From: Pelomyxa schiedti
Taxonomy: Eukaryota; Protista; Evosea
Direction: 5' to 3'
Assembly (NCBI GenBank): GCA_020536535.1
Contig: JAHLWZ010000846.1
Location: 15,373 to 79,372 of the forward strand
Length of the DNA: 64,000 nt
Shown: positions 23,543 through 33,043 of the stretch, piece after piece
Layout of the letters: each line of letters starts with the position of its first letter
Position numbering within the stretch: the stretch's first letter is position 1
Position numbers and translations under genes: made by a program
Notes under the pieces: generated by a model
Told to the model about the DNA's origin: nothing
The model's database searches: none
The model's input: only the letters and a program-made list of their open reading frames with translations

Positions 23543-26246
23543 CTAGGTCAGGGTTACATCTGTTCTTGGTCTTTTGGAACTCCTTTTTGGATTCTGTGCA
23601 GGACCAGGGGCGCTTCGTTTCACCTGCAGCAGGACTCCCTCGTCAGTTTTGCTGGTGGTTGATGTGCACTTGATGGCACCGTCGTTATCATTGTTTGCTG
23701 CCGCCGCGGTCGACGAGGGTGTGTTGGCAGGGGCATCATCGACTGTCATTGGTGCAGTAGCAGCTGTTGCCGGTGATTTGGAGAGGTTGGAGTGTGCCGA
23801 TGATGTGGGGGATACAGCCAACTGGCATTGTGCCAATGTGGGTGTGTTGTTGCACACAGGCTTCGTTTCTGGAATGATTGTGAAGTAGCGGTGCTGCAAG
23901 GCGGTGTCGACGCTCACAGCCTTTTTGATGAGCGCTTGACTGAGGTCATTCCCGTCAGCAGTGCGACAGGAGGCACTCACGTGATGACTGACCAGGAGTT
24001 CGCCAACGAGCAACAGGTCGGATTCAGGGCCACTGACCTCGCCGGGGTGATTGTTGAACGCTCTGAGGTGCTCCAGCGGCCTCCCTCTCTCAATCTCGGC
24101 CCACTCCAAATCCACCAGAACCCAGTGGCCTTGTTCACAATCTCGCATCACATTCGCCCAGCGAATGTCACAATGGAAGATTTCGGCTTCATGCAGCGTC
24201 TTCAATGCGCACAGTATCGCTTTGATGGCAGAGGCAAGGTCCACTTGGTTGACAGGCATGTCGTCGAAGCATGGTCTCATCTGGTAACTCACATCCTTGT
24301 CAGAACAGAAATACCCCGCAGCCTTGAATGCCAGATTTGGGTTTCGGCGGGGCAGGGAGGAGAGCCTGTTGTACACCGTCCGCAGGATGGCAACCTGCCG
24401 GGATCCTTTGGAGTTGTTGTTTTGGTGACCTCAATTTCACTTGGAGGAGGTCTCACCGAAATGCGGAGTACCGCACGTGACTCCGGTCGGTAAATGGTTT
24501 CAGTTTTCATGATGTGTGTCTTGTGGAGGTAGCAGGCAATGCGAACCATGTTGATGCTTGCGATGACAATTTGTGTGAAGTCCTGTTGGGCGGTTGTTAG
24601 CAGTTGTCTGGTAAAATACACTTGATACACGTAAATTCGGGTTGCGGAAATGCTCACACCTCAATACAGCTATGTAAGAACTGGTGACCACCAAAAAGAA
24701 CGATTGAGTCATGGAACTGTGCTCCCCGAGGGTTGTTCTTGTTTGTCGTAAGGACAAATTGCATGGCAGACTTGTTAGCTGCAATCCCAAGATGAAACCA
24801 GACACGGTTCCAGATAGGGAAGAATGTTGACTTATCCATAAGGTCGCCCCTTCCTTTTCCCAGCATTTCCTTTTTCATTTCAACTGTTTTTTTTAGAGGA
24901 ACATACCAGAGAGCATTTCTATCTGATTGAGTAAAAGGGATACATCAGGGAAAACAGAGCCTGAGGTTGATGGCGTTCGCCTATTAGTGCTGGTTGGATT
25001 TCCGCTACTGTGGCCCAAAGGAGGCTGTGGCACATTCCCTGTGGGTGAGCAACCAACACTTGTACTTGCCCTTGAGCTTGATTTGCTTGCATTTATTGAT
25101 GAATGATCCTTTTCTATGACGGCAACTTGGAATCTGTTTGTGTCACTGATAATACATTCCAACTCTTTCCAAAGTCCTTCCACAAGCTGAAACTTGCGTT
25201 CTACTGTGCCTTCAGTGCCAACAGTGTTATTAAAATCACCCTGTGCAATGCTGCCAAAAGATATCAGTGTGAAATGTCTCTACTTCATGAAAAATTAAAA
25301 TATATTTGCCACCCAGTCAGGTGCGTGTTTAAAACCTGTTCAAGAACTTAGCTATCTTGGCTCCCAGACGTTGGTGCCCATGTGCAGCGTCCTCGATGCA
25401 CCAAGGAGGTTCAAGAAGCTTGCAACTGCGACCCTCGGCCGAAATTGACGACAGTGAGATGGGGATAGGAACTGGAAATTCTGATTTCAACAACTCCTCA
25501 ATGAGAGAGATCACTGCTGCAGGCGCAAGATACTCTTCCACAAGGTGATCTATTTTCTGTGCCGTTTCCGCCTCAATTATCAACAGCCTTTCAACCCAGC
25601 CAGAGAACCAGCTTTTCGACTCTACAAACCCCAGATTCAGTTTTTCTTTCTTTATAAAGACTGATATCATACCAGAAATGCTCCATACGGTTCTTTTTTC
25701 CTTTGCCCACACCTTGACAGCTTCAAGACTATTCAAACACCTCAGTTTGATGCGATCGTCCTGGATTGAAAAGAGATATTCTCTCAGATTTCTCTTCTCA
25801 CTCTCTGGCAGGCTGGAACTTTCAACTTGTAGAAGAAGAGTGGTGCATTTTTTGAACGCTTCTGTCTTTTCCTCTTCTTCTTCTTTTGCATAGGGAATCT
25901 CTTGTGTGCCTTTCTCTTTTGCGGCTTCTTCTTTTACGACGCGAATAACTGCGAGCACCAGCTCTTTATGCAAGTCTCTCCTTGGGGAACCGTTTCGGTA
26001 CAGAATGGGGTGTTGAATTACGTCAGGTAAAAAACGGTACAGATCACCGAGGGCGTCGACTTCACCGGCAAGAACCGACACGCACATATCTCGAACCACC
26101 AGTTGTTGATTGCTGTCAGGTGCAGCCGACGCAGACGCCGCAGCACTTGGTACGGACGATGCCATCTTCCGGTACTGCGGGGGTTTTTTTTTTATCGCGA
26201 TTGGCGATCGTACGGAGTGCCCGTTTTCGGATCCTGATCTGTTCAT
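23543..26246 (-). CDS. Crinkler-like protein: PD-(D/E)xK-type nuclease-like domain plus atypical kinase (possibly frameshifted)
   Basis: FPDVSLLLNQIEMLSVEMKK...GDLMDK (after a 23-nt intron), IVIASINMVRI, and kinase ALKTLHEAEIFHCDIRWANV...WVLVDLEWA. The junction near 24396-24430 needs either a weak-donor 35-nt intron or a frameshift. Joining of the 25329-26246 exon is inferred. Confidence 0.6.
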
Positions 26247-26594
26247 TGTTCTGTTATTCTCCTAACTTGACATTATTCCTGGGTGATGGTGACGTAACAT
26301 CTACTGTGGCTTGGTAGATATCCTCCCCAGGATCCCTCTCACAGCTCTTGAGGGATATAACATCATGGGGTAGTAGTTTGGGTTTAGCACCTCCACCACA
26401 TGTAGTAGTCGAGTCTCTAAAGGAATCAAGGGAGAACTTTGGGCAGGTCTCTCCGACTATCATCATTGTGGTGCGCCCACAGGGTGCAGGGCAAACACCT
26501 CATGCTAGTGTTTGCAGCAAAAGAAGTGTCCTCTTTGAATACCCATGGGAGGAAATCTGAGCTGTAAAATTTGTTTGAAACTAATTCGACGACC

Positions 26595-28365
26595 ATGAGC
26601 CACTCCCCTGGCACGACGGCGATCGACTGGGCCAAAGCAGCCTACGCCAAACTAGGCGTGGATGTAGATGCCGTGTTGGTGGCGATGCAAAAGGTAATTA
26701 CCTTATGAAAATGAAAGCCCGCCCTGACCCTTGTATGTGGCTACTTGCTGGTTTTTTTTTTGGGGGTGGGTGCGGGGTGGGCCGTAGATTTCATTGAGTA
26801 TTCCATGTTGGCAAGGCGATGACGTCGGGGGGTTTGAGCACACGGGGGCGGCACTTTCAGGAGGCGGAATTGCTGTCACTGGCGCTTTTCCTGGAAAGGC
26901 GCGATGCCCTGATGAATTGAGGCAGGATGCCGAATTTGCTTTCGGCCTTATTCCGGGCAAGCACAGATTCAACCTACACGCTATGTATGTTGAGGTTTTT
27001 CTTTTTGGTCCTGTTACTATTATTATACTGTTTAAAGAGCAGCTAGATTGCAACTGTTCCTTGTTGTTTATTGCGTGACTTTTAATGGAATAGATATGGC
27101 GACTTCAGTAGAGGATTCCTTGACAGAGATGCTATTACAATTCAAAACTTTGAACCATGGATTGCCTGGGCATCACGAATTGGAATAGCCCTGGATTTCA
27201 ACCCGACACTCTTCTCCCACCCAAAAGCTGCTGATAATTTCACCTTGACTCACCCCAATGACGGTACAGTCCAGTGCAATCGGGATTTTTCTTAGTATTT
27301 TTTTGTTAGCAATACGCTCTTTCTGGATTGAGCATGTGAAACATTGTCGCACCATAGCTGCTGAAATTGGCAGGCGCCTTGGGTCTCCCTGTGTTAATAA
27401 CTTGTGGATCCCTGATGGATTCAAAGGTACGATCACACACTCTATTTCTCGGCATCAAAAATCTCTATCAGATCTACCTGTGGATAGAATTGGATATCGC
27501 CAAAGATTAGTTGACTCCCTTGATGTTATTTACAAAGAAAAGTGGGCGTTTCATTGAGTTCCTGTTTAATCTATCTCTGTAGGTTACCAGCGAACTGTGT
27601 GAGAGACTCCGTGGAGGGAAAATTGTTTGGAATTGGCGCAGAGTCTTTTACTGTGGGGTCCCATGATTTCTACCTCGGTTATGCTGTCAAGAATGGTCTT
27701 ATGTTGTGCATGGATACAGGTCATTTCCATCCAACAGAATCTGTTGCAGATAAGGTATACACAAAACAAGAACGTAAAGACCGCCAACTGTTCCAAGATA
27801 TCTTCAACTCTTTTGTGTATGGACGAAATTCTGATTCACATGAGCCGGCCTGTAAGGTGGGACAGTGACCATGTGTGCATTCTTGATGAATCCGTCACCA
27901 CTATAGCTGAGGAAATTGTTAGAGCAGAAGCCATTTCTCGCGTCCATGTTGCCTTGGATTACTTCGATGGCAGCATTAACAGAGTACTTTTTTTATGCTC
28001 CTACATTATTACTATCGCTTGTGTGGAACCAATACTTATGGTGCACTTATGTATAGGTGGGTGCCTGGGTTATTGGAGCCCGCTCTGTCCTAAAGGCATT
28101 TTTGATGGCACTATTGCAACCCCACAGCATCCTAAAGGAAATGGAGCGATCCGGCAAGTTTGTTTTTACTTTTGCACCGATTACTGGCCAACCAAAATTC
28201 AGGTACTTTGAGCGCTTGGCACTCCTTGAAGAGCTCAAGTCAATGCCTTGGGGTGCAGTCTGGAACCAATTCTGTAAAATCAACCATGTACCGCGTGGGA
28301 ACAAATGGATTGCCGCCGTTTCCAAGTACGAGCGTGATGTACAAGCCCCAAGGTCCAGGACCTGA
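26595..28365 (+). CDS. rhaA: L-rhamnose isomerase (bacterial RhaA type) with 8 spliceosomal introns
   Basis: [96 protein letters not shown] and [17 protein letters not shown]. Confidence 0.95.
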
Positions 28366-28452
28366 ATGTATTCCAAAAGCAAGAATGAAACCAAACAAGA
28401 AAGAGAAGTGGTTTCTAATTGTTCTTTTTTTTTTTTCCCCCACAACTCGTTG

Positions 28453-30841
28453 TTAGTTGCCATAGGCAGACTTTTCTAGGTACAAGGGCTGCTGTTTACC
28501 TGGAAGGTAAATTTTGTTCTTGTGATTCAGCATGCCATTTCCGAGCCTGGAAAGGTATGATGCATAGACGAAGCCAGTGGCAAAGGCATCACAACCAGCA
28601 TGGTGCATCCCGATGTTGCTGTTACTGGGTGTGCTTGTTTGTGGGGAACCGTCTTGAACAACAGGGGGTGGCGATGCAACCAGAGCGGTGGGGAGCGGCA
28701 GTGCCGTTTGGCTTGGGGGTGAAGGTGGCGATGTAGTAGCGGTTTCTGTTGCTGTTGGATGGGTGGGCAGAGTGGAAGCATGGTCGGTGGATGGTTGTTC
28801 TGGGGTGTCTTGAGTGTCCGCGGTTGTGTCAATCGGATTTGGTGTGGGTGATGTAGTTGGCAGGGAAAGTTCTTCCTTGGGGTCCTCTGGGGGTGATTCC
28901 GTTGCTGCAGTAACCACAGTACTCACTGCTGGAATACTATGCTGCGGAGCAAAACGAGTTCGCTTCTTCTGTGGTTGACATGGCTGCTGATGTAATGCGC
29001 TTCTCGATTCTTCAGCATCGAGTATTTGATTAATATCATGTGAATAACGACATGACTTGTTCCAACGGCAGTGGCCTGTGGCCTTTCTGAAATTAAATAA
29101 TTATTTACAAAGCGGAGATATCATACAGCGTATGCGTTACAACACTTCAACTTATGTGGTGTTTGAGTTGTGGAGAGGTTTCTTTTGAAACTGAGGAAAA
29201 GAGGTGTGCAAATAACAGCTCCGCGGCTCTTTGACATCCTCTCACTTTGGTTTTTGTTCAAAAAAAAAAAAAAATGAAGGCGTGTTAACCATTTCGCAAA
29301 AAGATATTGCAAGTAGGAGGCAGTCTCATTAAACGATTTTTCAGCTATCCACTTTGTGTCGTAAAGGGGTGGAAAGTCATTTGATATCGAGTCAGAGAAT
29401 TGTTTCAGATCAGGAGGTAGTTCCCCAATGAAATTCTTATTGTATAAGAAAAGTTTAGAGAGAAAGGGACTGTAGCTACTTGGTAAAGGAAAACAAGATC
29501 TAATGAACCATTATGGAGAATAATGGGTATTTTTTGTTGGCGTAGAATATGTGCAAAAAGAGTAACAAGTGTTTCTGGGTAAGGTTAGGCCAGTGTTAGA
29601 AATTCATATAGTTAATTATTTGCTTACGGAGTACAAGGTGAGATTACAGGCAGTTTCTAAATTATGCTGTTTGCGCTTTGTGTTTTTCATATTATTGAAA
29701 TAAAAGAGGCAACAAACAACGTACTGTGGGATTTTGGCACAGATGGTTCTGCTGGTTCTTCTTTGCCTCCTCCCCAGAAGGGAATCCCTTTCAGAAATAG
29801 GTTATTCAAATCAAACCCAGTTTCCACCAGAAATTTCATTGAGCTGTGGTTGGTATCAACAAAAACCGTGGACCTTTAAGACGCACCTTGGTGTAACTTC
29901 AAAGAGGTCTTGCTTACAAACAAGCAATTCATACGTATGAACATTGTATCGTACTGCACCAGTTGAAGTGCATGTCCTTTTTGGAGCTGCTTTCACTCCT
30001 TCACCTTTCAATTTCCCTCCAATTTCTTGGTTTGGAGACAGCGGTGCTATCTGTCGTTTTACTTGTGAAGACTGTCGTACACTGGGATTTGTTGCAGGCT
30101 TAGCAGTGGCAGATGGTTGTGGAACACGGCTAAAGGCTGAGATACCAATTTGTACAAGGGACTGAGATTGAGCAACACTGCGGAAAGAGAGGTATCGGTC
30201 AGGGATAAGCCTAGGAATTCTCCAAGTTAAAAGTAACCAACAAGTCATTCCTTTCCATACTTTTCAGCTTTCAAGTTGCCAAATCCAGTGAACTCCGTAT
30301 CAATGGCAACAAAAGTGGCATGGCCAGTGGTCAGTACAATTTCATTCCACATACTTTCAAAGTTATCAACGCACACACTGACTGGGGGTGTGACAACAGC
30401 AACAGCAGTAGCCCCGGATTCGACTTCAAAACCAGGATTTGCAGTGGAGCCAGCACCGACTGACTCGGATGTAGACGTCGAAACTTCGCTTCGAAGCAAA
30501 TCAGGCGGAATAGCAAGTGCGGCGCAAAACGCGTCAGTTGGGCCACTGCCGTTGGGGCCGTGAGCCCAAAGATCTGCTGTAATATCGGTGTCGCGTTTAG
30601 TCGTTGTTTCGGTCGTGGTTACGCAAGTCGAAGATGTCGTGTTGGACCCGGTATCGCAGTCGCCACCAATGTTGGAATCCCGTTTATGGCGTGTTTCTGT
30701 GGCATCAGGAAGCTCAGTCGAATGGCACGAGGCAGTAGTTGCCTGCTCCGACTCAGACGCAGGCGACGACACCGTAACGAGAGGGGGGTCAACAGCAGCG
30801 GTACCCATAATTTCCGTGACCTCTCGCTTGGGCGTCTGCAT
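28453..30841 (-). CDS. TOE1: TOE1 (CAF1-family DEDD 3' exonuclease/deadenylase with a C3H1 zinc finger)
   Basis: FVAIDTEFTG, SLVQIGISAF, LHNGSLDLVFLYQNF, LYDTKWIAE, ASYLQYLF, C-x8-C-x5-C-x3-H finger (CNAYAATGHCRWNKSCRYSH), HHAGCDAFATG and HKNKIYLPGKQQPL. Confidence 0.88.
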
Positions 30842-30904
30842 TCTCGGTGGCGGCCGGCACAAATGGAAATGACGGACAGCGAAAAGAAACAACAAAAAAA
30901 GTAA
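30842..30904. promoter_or_regulatory. 63-nt gap between the divergent ATGs of TOE1 and PRP17 (putative bidirectional promoter or overlapping 5' UTRs)
   Basis: Position only; no motif identified. Confidence 0.5.
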
Positions 30905-32779
30905 ATGCTTCAGATCGCGGCCTACGGTGATGACGACGAAGTGGGCGAGGAGCCAGGACACAACAATGAGGGAAATAAAACAACCAACACGTCCCCTGCT
31001 ACCACAACACCGACAACCGCTTCCACATCAACAACAGCAACCACCACGCCCCCGGCGGCGGACCCAGGGACTGAGGTGATAGAGACCGCGGCCGCAGCGC
31101 CGCTGCTGGCCGACATGAAGAGCAAGATGTGCCTGCCGTCGCTGACGCCCGACGTGCTGGACCCCGCGGGGCGGCGGGCGTTCACGACGTCGACGCAGCG
31201 CGAGGTGTACTACAACCCGACGGCGGACGACCTCAACACGCCGCAGAAGGGCCCGCTGCAGCCGCACCGCAAGACGCCGCTGGGCTTCGAGAAGAACGTG
31301 CTGTGCGGCTTCGCCGACGACCTGTGCATCAGCCAGAACGCCTTCAACGAGCAGTTCCACACGTTCCACTCGTTCGGCTACGCCTCCGACCCGTCCGGCG
31401 TCGGCAAGATTGTGGGAGACAAGACCCAGGTCGCGGCCCGCGGCGGCCAGTTCATATTCGACAGGCCCCCCAAGAAGGCGCCAAAGTCGGCCTCCCGTGC
31501 CAAGGGTGGGAATCCCGGCAGCGGCTCGTACTTGGGTCCCTGGGCTCCCCCGGCCTCAGAGGTTGCTGCAAATGCAAAGGCTGCCGCTGCTGAACTTGCT
31601 GCTGCCAGCGCGGCGGACGCCTCTGCTGACCAGGCGGCGGCATCATCTTCTTCTTCTTCATCAGCTACTGAGGATTCTGCTGCTACTACTGCTAAGAACG
31701 GAGAGTCGGCGGCGGAAGGAAGTGGGAGTGGGAGTGCTGCTGAAGGTGGTTCTGGGGAGGATGGCACGTCGACTGTTCTGTACCTCAAAGGGGACCGGGA
31801 CTACCGCGGCCGCACATTCATTTCTCCTCCGTCTGATATCAAAGCTGGGCCGCATGGCTGCTTCCTTCCAAAGAAACGAATTCACACCTGGAATGCTCAT
31901 GCCAAAGGGGTTTCATGCGTTCGCTTATTCCCGAAGTTTGGCCACCTGATGCTATCTTCTGGATTGGATGGCCAGATCAAGATATGGAACGTGTATGAAA
32001 GCAGGCAATGCGTGCGAGCTTACCTTGGCCATTCAAAGGGTGTGCGGGACCTGTGCTGGAATGCTGATGGTACCCGATTCCTCAGCTGTGCCTACGATAG
32101 ACAGATACGGTGGTGGGACACTGAAACGGGTGCCGTTCTTGGCTCTTTTTCAAGTGGAAAAATACCATACTGTGTGAGGTTGCACCCTGAGCCAGCAATG
32201 CAAGATCAGTTCCTAGCAGGCTGCTCCGACAAAAAGATTGTACAGTTTGATATCCGTACACGCGGGATAGTGCTAGAGTATGACCAGCACCTGGGGGCAG
32301 TAAACACAGTCACGTTCATCGACTCCAACCGCCGGTTTGTAAGCAGCTCCGACGACAAATCCCTCCGAATTTGGGAGTACGGGATACCGGTGCCAATCAA
32401 GTACATCAGCGAACCACACATGCACAGCATGCCGAGTGTCACAGTTCACCCGAACGGCAAGTGGTTTGTCTGCCAGTCACTGGACAACCAAATACTGGTG
32501 TATAGTGCCCGGGACAGGTTCAAGCTCAACCACAAGAAGCGGTTCATTGGCCACATCACAGCCGGCTATGCCTGCCAGGTGAACTTCTCGGCCGACGGGC
32601 ACTACCTTATCAGCGGGGACGGGGAAGGTAAGCTGTGGTTATGGGACTGGAAGTCGTGCCGGGCATACCAGCACCTGCAGGCCCACGAGACCGTGTGCAT
32701 TGGCTGCGAATGGCACCCAGTGGAGCCGTCGCGAGTTGTGACTTGTGGGTGGGATTCCAAGGTGCACTACTGGGACTGA
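30905..32779 (+). CDS. CDC40: Pre-mRNA processing factor 17 (PRP17/CDC40), WD40 protein, intronless
   Basis: YNPTADDLNTPQKGP, FHTFHSFGYASDPS, DYRGRTFISPP, WD40 repeats, EPHMHSMPSV and GWDSKVHYWD*, all in one continuous 624-aa ORF. Confidence 0.95.
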   Translation: MLQIAAYGDDDEVGEEPGHNNEGNKTTNTSPATTTPTTASTSTTATTTPPAADPGTEVIETAAAAPLLADMKSKMCLPSLTPDVLDPAGRRAFTTSTQREVYYNPTADDLNTPQKGPLQPHRKTPLGFEKNVLCGFADDLCISQNAFNEQFHTFHSFGYASDPSGVGKIVGDKTQVAARGGQFIFDRPPKKAPKSASRAKGGNPGSGSYLGPWAPPASEVAANAKAAAAELAAASAADASADQAAASSSSSSSATEDSAATTAKNGESAAEGSGSGSAAEGGSGEDGTSTVLYLKGDRDYRGRTFISPPSDIKAGPHGCFLPKKRIHTWNAHAKGVSCVRLFPKFGHLMLSSGLDGQIKIWNVYESRQCVRAYLGHSKGVRDLCWNADGTRFLSCAYDRQIRWWDTETGAVLGSFSSGKIPYCVRLHPEPAMQDQFLAGCSDKKIVQFDIRTRGIVLEYDQHLGAVNTVTFIDSNRRFVSSSDDKSLRIWEYGIPVPIKYISEPHMHSMPSVTVHPNGKWFVCQSLDNQILVYSARDRFKLNHKKRFIGHITAGYACQVNFSADGHYLISGDGEGKLWLWDWKSCRAYQHLQAHETVCIGCEWHPVEPSRVVTCGWDSKVHYWD

Positions 32780-33043
32780 CATCTGACGTCTGAAGTACTC
32801 CTCATCTTTGTTTGGTGTTTGCATTGTGCAAGAAAATCAAAAGGTACCCTACCGCAAAAACACACCCGAAGAAGCTTCCGGCCGATGATCAAAGTTTTTC
32901 CTCACAATCAAAATAACGGATGGGAAAAAAGATCCACGTCTCGTAGACGAAAGAAAAGAGAAAACAAACGCCACACAAACAAAAAAAAAAAGTTTTTTTC
33001 CCACTTGTTCCACGCCGTGTGCTGCGGTAACAACGAAGCCACC

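Noticed and set aside
23828-24493. 221-aa plus-strand ORF (also long ORFs 13135..13803, 45440..46237, 56970..57629 and 5..619)
   Set aside because: Antisense or alternate-frame shadows of GC-rich or low-complexity coding exons, with no recognisable motifs.
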